This document shows, piece after piece, positions 1-11,400 of a stretch of DNA of 64,000 nucleotides. Positions within the stretch are counted from its first letter, which is position 1, and every line of letters begins with the position of its first letter. The notes beneath the pieces are model-generated. The model did not search any database and had not been told where the DNA came from. It saw only the letters and a list, made by a program, of their open reading frames with translations. Source of the DNA: Verrucomicrobiia bacterium (GTDB lineage: Bacteria > Verrucomicrobiota > Verrucomicrobiia > Limisphaerales > UBA1319); the NCBI GenBank assembly GCA_963664225.1, contig OY760937.1:288001-352000 (forward strand), read 5' to 3'. Position numbers and translations under genes: made by a program.

Positions 1-414
1 TATCCCGAGGCCGGGAAAATGCAAAATCCCCTGGTGGACCCGATGAGCTGGATGACGGGATACGGAACACCTGCCGGGAAGAAGTCTCCGTGGGGCAATG
101 GGGATGGACGCTTTATTTATCCTCCTTTGGCGGCGGCTTCCGGCAACCCTGCCAGCCCCGTGATGGAGGAGCCGGTCGATTCGATTCGTTGGGAACAACT
201 GCGCGATGGCATTGAAGACTATGAGTATCTGACGATCCTTCGGAACAAATTGAATCAGCGCCGCGCGACCTTGAGCGCTGAAAAGGCGCAGGAATATGAA
301 AAGCTGCTCGAGGTTCCGGAAAACATCACGAAGAGCATGACCGAGTTCACCCCTGATGGTGGGCCGATTGAAATGCGCCGCGACCAGATTGCCCGGGCGA
401 TTGAGACGATGTAG
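1..414 (+). CDS. DUF4091/GH123-like C-terminal domain protein, 5'-truncated by the window edge
   Basis: Frame is open from base 1. GDGRFIYPP...SIRWEQLRDGIEDYEYL resembles the DUF4091 C-terminal motif. Confidence 0.6.
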   Translation, partial: YPEAGKMQNPLVDPMSWMTGYGTPAGKKSPWGNGDGRFIYPPLAAASGNPASPVMEEPVDSIRWEQLRDGIEDYEYLTILRNKLNQRRATLSAEKAQEYEKLLEVPENITKSMTEFTPDGGPIEMRRDQIARAIETM

Positions 415-435
415 GAATTCCAGTTCGATCGAATT

Positions 436-1713
436 ATGAAGAAATCAGTATTTATCAACCCAAAGCGCATTATTGCTTTACTTGGTGTTGCGGTCCTGTC
501 AGCCACGGTGCTGGCCCAGGAAACCATTTTACAACCACAGGCCAAGCCGGGACAAGCCGCGGTTGGGAGCAATGCCTTCGACTGGCCAAACTGGCGGGGA
601 CCGACCCATGACGGCGTTTCACACGAAACCAAGCTGAATTGGAAGTGGTCGTCAGAGGGACCAAAGAAATTGTGGCAAACGACGGTGGGGAAGGGGATGT
701 CCTCCTTCGCCGTGGCGCAGGGCAGGGCTTATGCCATGGGCAATCGGGAGGACGTGGATACGGTCTATTGTTTCGACGCTGAGACGGGGAAAGAGATTTG
801 GAAACATCCCTATCCATGCCCGCTGAACCCGCTGGCATACGAGGGTGGTCCCAGTTCGACTCCCGCTGTGGAGGACGGCCGGGTTTATACATTGAGCAAG
901 GCTGGAGATTGTTTTTGTCTGGATGCCGCGACTGGAAAAGTGATCTGGTCCAAAAAGTTCGATGCGCCCCCAACCACCAAGGAGGATTACAAAGTATGGT
1001 GGGGGTTTGCGGGTTCACCGTTGATCGAAGGCACTCAACTGATCCTGTCCGTCGGAACCGCGGGTGTGGCCCTCAACAAGATGACCGGCGATGTCCTTTG
1101 GGATAATGGACCTGGTCGTGCGGGTTATTCGTCGCCGGTGCCTTTTGTTATGGGCGCGGAACGGTTATTTGCAAAACTGAGCGGGCATGAAATCGTGGTC
1201 GCGAAAATGAGCGACGGCAAAGTATTATCGCGGACCTTGTGGCGGACCACGTGGGATCAAAATGCGCCGGATGTTCTTGTCTCAGGAGGGAAGATGCTGG
1301 TTGCCACAGGACATGGAGTGGGCGCTGCGCTGTTCAATGTCACCACAAACGCTCTGGTTCCGCTTTGGAATGTTAAGAGCCTGCGCACCGAACTTTCGAC
1401 GCCGGTGCTCTGGAAAAATCATGTTTATGGATTCGATAAGAATCAATTGGTCTGCCTGGACTGGGAAAGTGGCGCCGTAAAGTGGGCGGCGGAAGAGACC
1501 CGGCAGGGTTCATTGATAGTGGCGGATCAAAAACTCATCGTGATGCAGGAGGACGGAACATTGCTTATTGCCGAGGCCACCCCGGAGGCGTTCAAGCCCG
1601 TGGCCAAGGCACAGGTTCTGGACGGTAGGTGCTGGTCTGTCCCTGTTCTTTCCAATGGAAAAATGTTCTTGCGCAACGCTGCGGGAATCGTGGTCTGTCT
1701 GGACTTGCGGTAA
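436..1713 (+). CDS. Secreted PQQ-binding-like (BamB-type) beta-propeller protein
   Basis: Signal peptide, DWPNWRGP motif, repeated CxDAxTGKxxW blades, C-terminal WSVPVLSNGKMFLRN. Confidence 0.85.
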   Translation: MKKSVFINPKRIIALLGVAVLSATVLAQETILQPQAKPGQAAVGSNAFDWPNWRGPTHDGVSHETKLNWKWSSEGPKKLWQTTVGKGMSSFAVAQGRAYAMGNREDVDTVYCFDAETGKEIWKHPYPCPLNPLAYEGGPSSTPAVEDGRVYTLSKAGDCFCLDAATGKVIWSKKFDAPPTTKEDYKVWWGFAGSPLIEGTQLILSVGTAGVALNKMTGDVLWDNGPGRAGYSSPVPFVMGAERLFAKLSGHEIVVAKMSDGKVLSRTLWRTTWDQNAPDVLVSGGKMLVATGHGVGAALFNVTTNALVPLWNVKSLRTELSTPVLWKNHVYGFDKNQLVCLDWESGAVKWAAEETRQGSLIVADQKLIVMQEDGTLLIAEATPEAFKPVAKAQVLDGRCWSVPVLSNGKMFLRNAAGIVVCLDLR

Positions 1714-1850
1714 GACGGCAATGAACACAGTGGGGTGTTTGCCTGGCATGCAGATGGATGCGGAGTAGATGTGAAAATGTATTGTTTGGTCGGGGCGTTT
1801 TTTCAAGTGCTCACTGGATGTTTCTTATCGTCACGCCAGCTTTTTAAGCC

Positions 1851-4800
1851 ATGAATTACACTATGAAAACCTGGGGATGCCTCTTTGCCGGGTTGCTGGC
1901 AGGCCTTGTCTTTTTGGGCAAGCCCGTTTCCGCGGCGAATGTCCTATCGGCAAACGATATCACAACAAACCGGCAACCCGCTAAATTTGCCGCGTTCCAA
2001 TTCGGCACACCAACCTCGGCTCATCGTCCTGGATTTACCAAGGTCACGATCAAAGACGCGTTCACGACTGAAAAGGGCTATGGTTTCCAGTCAACGGAGG
2101 GATTGCTGGAGTATGATCGCGGCGGCTCCGAAATTGTCCGTCCCAACGATGAATACACCGCCAGCGTGTATGGCGCATACCGATTCACCTCGGATATCAC
2201 ATGCGCCCTGGTCGAAGGAACCAAAGGCAATGCCTTCATGGTGGCCATGCCCGATGGAGATTATACGGTGTGGTTAATTGCAGGCGACGCCGAATGGGAA
2301 CCGCCGTTGTTCGAGGTTTGGGCAAACGGCCAGAAGAAAGTCGGAGTGAACATCCCGCGCGCGCGTTTTATTTTCATGGAGCCGTTTCAAGCGCGCGCGA
2401 CCAACGGACTATTGCAGATCGATTTGAAAGGGGAGCATGGTTGGGTTCTCAATGGTTTGGTGGTGGGCAGGGAAGGCCCTGAACTTGCCGAAACCGTCGC
2501 AAAACTGCAGCGCGACATTTTCTTCCTAACCGGGCAGGAGCTGCCGAGTTGGAAGGAGCGCAAATCCGCCTCACCCAATCCGCCTCTGGAATGGACTTCC
2601 GCCGAACAACAACAGGGCTACGTCGTCTTCCCAGTCGATTACACCGAATTGATTCTCCCAAGCTTCACGCCAACCCGCGCCATGATCGGCCAGCCGTTAA
2701 CCGCGTTTGCCACACCCGGGGAAATCGAGCCTGCGACATTCTGTGTTTCTGCCGGCAAGAATTTGGGAGAAGTCCGCGTGGAATACTCCGGCTTCGTGGG
2801 GGAACAAGGCAATCAAACCATCGCACGCACCAACGTGAGCATCCGCACTGTCCGTTGCTGGCCTCAACGCTTGAGCGGCTGGGGAGGCAATGGCGATTAC
2901 AGCGTGGTGCCGGAGGTCCTCGATCCCGTGGGCGGTCGGGCTTCTCGTGTGCAAGAGGGCCAGGTCAAGCAATGGTGGCTCACGGTAAATGTGCCGCAGG
3001 ATACCCCTGCGGGACGTTATCGCATGACACTGACGGTTCAGCCCGAGAATGCACCACCGACGGTTCTGGAGTGGAAGCTGCTTATTCTGCCCTTCTCGCT
3101 CAGCCGTCCCGCTGACAGGCATTGGGGCACATGGCTCGATACCTTCCCGCCGGTCGGAGGTTTGTCTGGCCCGGAACGGCGTGGACGCAATCTGCCTTCG
3201 GAAAGGGACCGCCTGGCCCGCGCCGACATGGCAGACTATCGGGAGCACGGTTTCGATCTGGTTCTGTTGAATTATTACTTTGGCGCGCAGGAGAATCCGG
3301 ATGGCAGCTTCACCTATGACACCTCGCAGCTTGCGCGCGATCTGGAGTACTGCAAACTCCTTGGCACCCGCGCGCCAGTGGTGCTGACCATTGAATACGC
3401 CTGCCGGGATTTCGAATATCGCTTCGCGGAGCCGGGGCAAAAACATGTTCCTGGCACCTTCAGTCCCAAGGCGCACAAGGCCATTGTTGGCCTGGTAAAG
3501 CACATCCGGGACGACGCGCAACGCCACGACTGGCCCAAGCTATACTTTTTCCCAATAGATGAACCGGGCAACAATAAAACGGATAACCGGATGCTGTTCG
3601 CCCAAAACGTGTTGGATTTCGTCCATGAAGTCCCCGGCTGTCAGACGGCCACCACGCTGACCGCAGGTGAAGTACAGCGCCTGGGCGACCGTGTGGATGT
3701 CCGGATTTACGCCTACGGAAATTACAATCGCACCAAGGTTCTGGAAGAAACCCGGCACGGTCATCCATTCTGGTATTACGAAAATGGCATGTTTTACGCA
3801 CACAGCCCCACCGCCTCGCGCAACATGACGGGATTTGAGTTTCTGAGATCAGGCGCGGAAGTGGCCACAGCGTGGGGTTTCTCCGCCACCCAGGCCAATC
3901 CTGAAAATGACTTCGATGGCGGGCATAAGGACTGGAACGTGATCTTCCCTGGCGTGGACAGGCCAACGCCGACCATTTACTGGGAGCTATGTCGCGAAGG
4001 GGTGGATGATTACCGCTATGTGACAACGCTCCAGGAGAAAATTCGCCAGGCCAGAGAAAGCGGGCAGATTGAATCCGCACGACGCGCAGAAGCCGTCCTG
4101 GCGCCGATCATCGATCCCAAAGCAACTGCGGTCAGTCAACCACAGGCCTTTGCCCGATACCGTTGGCGCATTGCGCGTGAGATTCTGAATCTGATGGGTC
4201 ACCAAAAGCTGGCCCTCTCATTCCCCGCCGTGGTCAAAAACTCGGCGGCTCCTGAAAAAACAGGGCCAAACCTCATTGAAGACCCTTCTTTTGAGAAGGG
4301 TCCGCAAGACGACAGGTTTCCGAGTCCGAACTATCAGATCGCCGACCGTTATTCGAAACTGGAATCCAAACCAGTGGACGCATTGAGCGTGACAGACGAA
4401 TCAGCGCATACAGGACGGTATTCCTTGAAATGGGATTTCAGCAAGGCCGCAGGCAAAGGCTCCCTCTATGACCGGAATCGTTACCTCATTGTCAATGTCC
4501 AGGTGCCGGCTGAGGCGGCGATCAAGCTGAGAGGCAAGCGCGTAAAAGTGGGCTGCTGGTTCAGGATCGGCAGCGGTTCACTCGTGCCTGGCATGAACCT
4601 CCGTCAGTCCGGAAAGGGCGCCTACCTGGCCGGAATTGAATACAGGGGAGGTGTGGCGGATCCAGCCGTGTGGAACCTCTTCCTGTCCGAAGGCCGCCTG
4701 CGCACTGATTTCGAGAACCTCGATATTCACATCTCCTGCCGCATTCCCGAAGACGATGTTGAGTTAGCCCAGAAATCCCACTTCTACATCGACGACGTCT

Positions 4801-5117
4801 TTCTCCAGGCCATCGAGGAACCGGTGCTTGCTGTAGCGACACCACTCGATGAGTATTATTCGGGCGAAACCGTTCCGTGGAATGTCAAAGCGGCTTCCGC
4901 GGCCCCGGTGAAGGTGCAGCTTGTGTCCCCGGAACGAATCGCCGCCGAGTGGACGGGTGAAATCGCAAACGGATCGCTGAACGGCTCTTTCGAAACCCGC
5001 AAAATAAAAGCCGGAATTTATACTCTGCGAGGGGTCATCGATTCACCACAAGGATCGCAAACCGCGGAGCAGCAGATCATTCTCTCTCCGGATCCATTTG
5101 GGCAGTTGGAGCCTTGA
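1851..5117 (+). CDS. Large secreted putative glycoside hydrolase (GH123/DUF4091-like) with accessory carbohydrate-binding-like modules
   Basis: Signal peptide, FPIDEP catalytic-like motif, TIYWELCREGVDDYRY (DUF4091-like), NLIEDPSFE CBM-like start in the C-terminal part. Confidence 0.6.
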   Translation: MNYTMKTWGCLFAGLLAGLVFLGKPVSAANVLSANDITTNRQPAKFAAFQFGTPTSAHRPGFTKVTIKDAFTTEKGYGFQSTEGLLEYDRGGSEIVRPNDEYTASVYGAYRFTSDITCALVEGTKGNAFMVAMPDGDYTVWLIAGDAEWEPPLFEVWANGQKKVGVNIPRARFIFMEPFQARATNGLLQIDLKGEHGWVLNGLVVGREGPELAETVAKLQRDIFFLTGQELPSWKERKSASPNPPLEWTSAEQQQGYVVFPVDYTELILPSFTPTRAMIGQPLTAFATPGEIEPATFCVSAGKNLGEVRVEYSGFVGEQGNQTIARTNVSIRTVRCWPQRLSGWGGNGDYSVVPEVLDPVGGRASRVQEGQVKQWWLTVNVPQDTPAGRYRMTLTVQPENAPPTVLEWKLLILPFSLSRPADRHWGTWLDTFPPVGGLSGPERRGRNLPSERDRLARADMADYREHGFDLVLLNYYFGAQENPDGSFTYDTSQLARDLEYCKLLGTRAPVVLTIEYACRDFEYRFAEPGQKHVPGTFSPKAHKAIVGLVKHIRDDAQRHDWPKLYFFPIDEPGNNKTDNRMLFAQNVLDFVHEVPGCQTATTLTAGEVQRLGDRVDVRIYAYGNYNRTKVLEETRHGHPFWYYENGMFYAHSPTASRNMTGFEFLRSGAEVATAWGFSATQANPENDFDGGHKDWNVIFPGVDRPTPTIYWELCREGVDDYRYVTTLQEKIRQARESGQIESARRAEAVLAPIIDPKATAVSQPQAFARYRWRIAREILNLMGHQKLALSFPAVVKNSAAPEKTGPNLIEDPSFEKGPQDDRFPSPNYQIADRYSKLESKPVDALSVTDESAHTGRYSLKWDFSKAAGKGSLYDRNRYLIVNVQVPAEAAIKLRGKRVKVGCWFRIGSGSLVPGMNLRQSGKGAYLAGIEYRGGVADPAVWNLFLSEGRLRTDFENLDIHISCRIPEDDVELAQKSHFYIDDVFLQAIEEPVLAVATPLDEYYSGETVPWNVKAASAAPVKVQLVSPERIAAEWTGEIANGSLNGSFETRKIKAGIYTLRGVIDSPQGSQTAEQQIILSPDPFGQLEP

Positions 5118-5174
5118 ATGCAATGTTTTTTCAAGCTGGTCAAAAGGACCAGCTCAACCTATTGGGATTCCACA

Positions 5175-5220
5175 GTTACCAACATTATTATCTGGTTACA
5201 AAGTTTATTATCCGAGTACA
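5175..5220 (-). mobile_element. Tn7-like transposon end (right-end-like) of a second element extending leftwards
   Basis: Minus strand reads TGTACTCG (8-bp terminus), then GATAATAAACTTTGTAAC, CA, GATAATAATGTTGGTAAC. These two 18-bp repeats at 20-bp period resemble Tn7 TnsB sites. Confidence 0.7.
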
Positions 5221-5222
5221 AA

Positions 5223-5296
5223 TATCCGTCCGTAATTAAGGATGTCACAAATCGTGCCTGGAGCATGGGCTCAATTCGTAATTAAGGACTGTCACA
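5223..5296 (+). repeat. Left end of the Tn7-like element: terminal 8-mer plus two spaced TnsB-like sites
   Basis: TATCCGTC + CGTAATTAAGGATGTCACA (5231-5249), and CGTAATTAAGGACTGTCACA (5277-5296). Confidence 0.8.
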
Positions 5297-5428
5297 ATAT
5301 TTTGCTTTTCAATTTCTGGTCCGAATCGACCTCACGGCCGTAATAATTTGATTGAATCTTAGGCGTGTCCACGATCCCGTGAAAAGTGTGTTTAGGTTTC
5401 GGGTCGTCTTTTTCGGTTGTTTCCGTGA

Positions 5429-8400
5429 TCATGGTATTTCAAACAACCGATAAAACTTGGAAATGTCCGACAAACCATTCGTGTCGGTGATAAACGTTGG
5501 TCCACCTGTGCCAGGGATTTTATCGCTCACCGGAACCCAATCTTGAGCTGGCAGATTCGTTGACATTTCCAGGCGATAAAAAGCTCCCGCAGCACCAGGG
5601 AACTGCAAAACGACATTCCGGTCTTTCACTTCCATTCCACTGATTAAAAGTTGAGGACGAGGACTCATGTTTAGGATCGACGCTGAAGCCTTGGTCGTGT
5701 TCAAAACGGCGTTCACTGGATTGGCCAAGTTTAGATAGAAGTTTTTGACCGCAGCCGAATCGGGAATTCCATATATTGGGATCGAAACGCATGCGTTTGT
5801 AACCCCGGGTGGCAAAACGAGGGTTCCTGACTTGCCCAGATAATCGCGGCCCGCAGCCGCGTTGCCATTTTGGGTGAAATAATCCACACTGGTTTGTGCG
5901 GCGTTGGTTCCAGACATTTGAATATTAAACAGTGCGTTGGTGATGCTGTCGGAAGCCATGGCCAGCGAGACATTGGTGACTGTAATGCCGCGCAAATTGC
6001 ATTCGAGGAGCGTGCAAGTGGCTGACGCAATTGGAGTTGATGTTGGCGAGCCAAGACTGACATTCAGATAAAATTCCAGGTTGGACCTTATGAGACCTTT
6101 ATCAATAATTACAACCGAATAGGTTTTTCCGGTTGCCCCAGGCTCGAATGTCAGCATTCCTATCAAAGGTGACATATAATCTTGAGAAGAAAGAGCTGTC
6201 CCGTTGATAGTGCGACAATACAGAGTGATTGGCTTAGTGCCAGGCACGTCAAGCATAACGTTAAAGTTGGCCTTAATACCGTTTTGGCGAGGGACAATCA
6301 GATTGCTTACGGATACGGAGGGCATTGGATAAATTGTTTCGGTGGAAACGATTTGGTTATTGGATGGATCGATATCCGGTTCGTTTTGCGAAATCGACGC
6401 CATGAATGGGATCGTCCCGGCTGTTGGAACCGTCGATACAACTGTGATCCCAACACTCGAACCGGACGCCATTGTCCCAACGTTGCAAATGACAACTCCG
6501 TTGGTTTGTGTGAAGGATCCCTGGGTCGAGCGGTTCGTGACAAGCGTTGAGCCATTGGCCAAAATATTGCTGAATGTAACCCCGGTGGCGGTTAAAGGCC
6601 CATCATTCGAAATCTTAAATGTGTTGGTTAGAGTGCCTCCGGCGATTGCCCAATTGTTGGTGGTTTCCAAAATGAGATCGCCCACAGCGGGGATTTTTGA
6701 AGTGCGTAGTAAGAAAAATTGGCAACGGAGTGAGGGAAAAGGGATATTGTAAGGATTTTCTGAAGTGGCAAAAGCCAGGGTTCCGGCCCCGCAACGGGTT
6801 AAGCTGTGAGCGATGCCTGATGCCCCGGGAATGGTGATTTGCCAAAGAACATTGCTCATATTTGTAGAGCAGGCGGCCAGCGTATAATTTGGATAGGGCG
6901 CATAACCGCCCTGGCCGAGGAAATAAGCTCGTCCATTTTCCACATCGGAGGCAACCAAACCAGATGCGGGATATACGCCCAGGTTAGTATTATTTAAAAG
7001 ATCCAGCGCATGTCCATTCGCTGCAATCAACAGATTGTCCTCTGTTTGGAAGTCACCCGCAAAACCGGCAAGATTAGTCAACACACCACCGATGCCAGAG
7101 GCATCAATGCCATATGCGGTAAAGGTCCCATTGACGGCATACAAGGTGGAACCATCTGGAGAGGCCTGAATTTGAAATGGACTTCCAAGGACAGGCCCGA
7201 TCACTTGCGGACGCTTGATCCCATCGTCAAATATGGCCACCTGCTGGCTGTAACTTCCATACCAAGGAGCCATGGACACAGTGATCGAGCGAGGTCGGTC
7301 AGGCAGGGGAGCAAAATCGGCCACGATGTAATTGACATCCATTCCAATATCGAATTGAAAATCGTTCGTCCAGGTCTGAATGTTAATTCGCGCAACGAAT
7401 CTCAGTTGGGTGGTTCCAACATACAAGAATTGGCTGTCGCTGGTTATTGCGATTTTGCCGGGTTCGAAGCCTGTGGGGAGGGATTTCTCCACAGTCCCAG
7501 TTTGCGGATCGATTTGAACAATGCTATTGCTGTAGGCTCCGGTGTTTAGCACTGTGGCGAACAGCTTATCTCTGATCGGATCGTAAACCATATCCCCGAT
7601 GCTCAGGTCGATTTTCTGATAAAACTGGACAAGGCTCGATTGCGCTGCCGAATTGTCAGCCATATCAAGATCCGGCTCATTGGCGGCCACGCGGACATAA
7701 TTCGAGAATGAACCAACGACATCCGGTCGCAGCAGAATGGAGATTTGTGCTGAGGCGCCAGGGGCCAATGTGCCCAATTGTGCCATCACGGTGCCATTAT
7801 TGTTGGAAATGGAGCCTTGGGTTGATGATGTCGATACGAATCTGGCTCCGGCAGGCAGGATGTCCCGCGCAACAATGCCAGTGGCCACGCCAGGGCCTTT
7901 ATTGCTGATGGTAAGGGTGATCGTATAATTCGTCATCAGGGTCGTTAAAGTCGGCGCCGATTGTGTGACCATCAGATCCGCAGGTTGATTGGTTGGCACC
8001 AATGGTGTTTGGATGGAAAATAGCTGCCCTCCTGTGGTGGCAAATGCCAGACCACGATCCCCCCATCGAACCAATTGTTCGGGCGCTCCAATTATGCCTG
8101 TCACCAACATGGATCCCATCAACTCATAGTTGTTCAAGGAATAGGCGGTAATCGTCGTCATGGAGTCATTTGGGATCACTTTCATGTAAAATACGCGGCC
8201 CGAAGCCATATCAGGACAGAGATGATTTGCATTCCTAGCCAGCCCCGGGAAAGTGGCCACATGTATCATTGATTCCGGATCCACTACCTCGCCCCATGCA
8301 AAAAACAGCAGACCACCGCCAGACCGCATCTCGGGCCCTCCGTCATACGTCAGCACATTAGCGGTTGAGGACACCGCATTGGTGCCATCCAATTGCACGC

Positions 8401-11400
8401 GAGTGATGCCTCCATTGTAGCCATAGAAAACATTGGGAGAAAGGGATGGCTGAATTAGAGAAATCTCAGGCGAAATGTTTAGTGCGGTGGCGATGCCGTT
8501 AGAAATGATTTTAACCCCGCGCCCGCTGGGAGTTCCGTAATTATAATGTTGTGAGAGCAGAACTGACTGGGCCTGATCCTGAAGAACAATCATTTCGCTC
8601 AGGTCATAGCTGTAAATCGAGTCTTGAAATGTGACGGCACTCGTCTTCAGGTCCACTTGCACGATGGTTGCTGTGCTTTGGAGATACGCATAAAGGTAGC
8701 GGCCGTCTGGGGAGATCGCCAGGGCGCCAGGTTCTGATCCCACCGCAATGGGATTGCCGGGATGCAGGCTCTCGGGATCGATCTTGACGATGCAGTTTCC
8801 ATAGGTTGTATCAGAGCCAGAAACGCTGGCATAAAGCATGCGATCGACGGGATTATAAATAAGATCATTGGCCTTAAGCAGCAGGTGGGCAACGGAGTTG
8901 GAGGCTGTGGAATCAAGGACCGTGGTCAACCAGCCAGACTCTTTATGCGCCAAATTTGAAGAATCCGACGTTGAGGCAATGCTCACGACATTGGTCAACA
9001 CCCCAAGGTCCTTGGTTCGGACGGTCACTTTCAGTGATGTTTCGCCATGAGGTGGAATTGCGCCGAACAAGGCGACGAGGATGCCGTTATTGTTTTGTGC
9101 TGTGCCCTGGCTGGGTGTGGCGTTCACCAGTGCTGCTCCGGCAGGCAATAGATCAGTCAAGATCACATCCTGAGCGCTCATGCTCCCGGAATTGGTTACG
9201 AGGATGCTATACGATATATCGCTTCCGGGTGTGGCGAGCGCCGGGCCGCTCTGGGTTACGGCCAATTGTGCTGAAGTTGAATCCGCGGCAAACGGGGAGC
9301 GAATCAAAAAGATTTGACCGCCCGTGGTGGCAAAAGCCAGTCCATTTGTTCCCCATCGCACAAGGTTTTTTGCACTGCCAACGATTCCAGGGATTGTTTG
9401 GGATCCTTGCAGAGTGAATGTCTCGATATCGCACGCATAAATGGCCGTTTGGTTTCCTTGTTGTGTTAAAAAGTAAATGATTCCTGCATCCGGATCGGGT
9501 GCGGGTGCTCCGCTGGCCAGTTTTCCCGGAACAGGGTATTGCCCGATGGGTTTCTGTTTCGCAGGGTTAAATGCAGTTCCATTGGAAACGTACATTGACC
9601 CTCCGCTGAGAATGCCGCCAGTTTCAAATCCTGGAACCAAAGCCAGGTCAGCGAGATTTGTCCGTGCAACCTCTCCATCATAAATGAAATCTAGAGGCCC
9701 GAATTGGCATTGTCCGGCAATGGCCAGGCTGGCGGGGCTGTTTGGCAAACCAATCAAGCTGATTGCATAAAAATTATAAGGGTTTTGAGGTAAAGAAAAT
9801 TCCAGGTCGGGCATTTGTGATGCCAGATTCAAGCGCTGGACGGAATAGCCGTTTTTTACGGCGATGTAGATAAATTGATTACTGGCCGAAAGGGCCATTA
9901 AGCCTGGGGCCGTGTCCACGGGGATGAAAGCCTCCACGGTGGCGGAGTAGGGATTGAGCCGCATCACTGTGTTTGATTCGACTGCAGCAGTTGCCGGGAC
10001 GGTCGCGTAAATCCGGTCTGTTCCCGGATCATACACGAGGTTGCTGACAGTGGCATTGAGGGACACAATGGATACAAATCCTACATTAAACGGGTTGCTT
10101 TGCCCCAATGTCTGGCCGCTTTGGGCGCGCACAGCAACATTTGTTGCGGCAGTGTTTATCATGATTGTTCCACTCCACCGCCCATTGGTAAAATGATCTG
10201 TTTGCGTTGGAACCAAGCTGTCCAGTGGCAACCCGATTGGAGATAGCGATGCAATGCCGGAAAAACCATCCAATGTGTCACCGCTTTTGTTCTGCGCCAG
10301 AATCGTAGCCGCAAATGGTTGATTGGCGGTTTGATTCAATGGAATTCGGGCAAAGGCGAAATGATCCAAATGTGTGTCGTGGATCAAAATCGTGCCGCTG
10401 GCATTGACGAAGCCTGATGCGGACGCGGAGACTGTGACCAATTGGTTTTGCCTGGGGCTGGAGCCAGGCGGGACGGTCAATTGGATCACGACCGAAGTCT
10501 GACCGGCTGGCAAGACCACAGTGACTGGAACCTGCAAGAAGCTGGAATCGCTGCCGGCCAGATTGATCACTAAATTGGTTTCGAGAGATCCTGCAATCAT
10601 GATCGTCGCATTGGTTGCATCTCCTGAACCTTCGAATAAACGATCAGGCACCTGCAGAACCAGATCATTTGCCTTGGCGCCAGAGATTGTGATCGATCCA
10701 CTTGCAGTTCCTTCGGAACCCGCGGATGCCGTCACCGTTAACTTTCTGCTGCCTAATATGACAGGGGCATTGGGCGCGTTGAGACTAAAACGGACATTGG
10801 TTTGGCCTGCCGGAATTCGAACATAAAGCGGCACATCCAACAAACTGGGATCGCTTGAACGCAATTCCGCCTGGAAATTCGAACCTGCGGGGACGCCTAT
10901 CGAGAGTTGGGCCTGGTTAGTGATTGTGCCTCCTTGCGGGATTATTTCCGACGGCAAGGTCAATTGCGGCAGCATGGGTGCGCTAAGATTTGTAATGAGG
11001 CCTTGTGTCATCAACGAAAGGGAATTCGAGGCTGTAATGGTGACAAACTGAATGCCGTCGATAACTGAATCGTTAAAATTTGTGAGGTTAAAACGGGCCG
11101 AAACATTGCCAGCCGGAATGGTAACCGTGGACGGTCCACCAATCTTCGATGGATTGTCAGAATTGAGATTGAAAACCAAATCAAAATCAATAGCGCGTGA
11201 AATGGCAATTGTTGCCGGGTGAATTTCCGACACAGTGCTCAAGGTCGTCGGCGGCAATGTCAGCATGACAGATGTGTTCAGGGTCTCGAATGGATTGCTG
11301 TTTCCAGGATGGCCATTCTCATCATCCACATGCAGGAACACATTGCTGGCGGAAGCGTTGACAGCCAAAAAGCCGCTCCAAACACCGTTCGTCAAGTTGA

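Noticed and set aside
5175..5296. Short repeats as a CRISPR or mini-array (CAST-like)
   Set aside because: Only pairs of 18-20-bp repeats with spacing typical of transposon ends; no spacer series and no cas genes.
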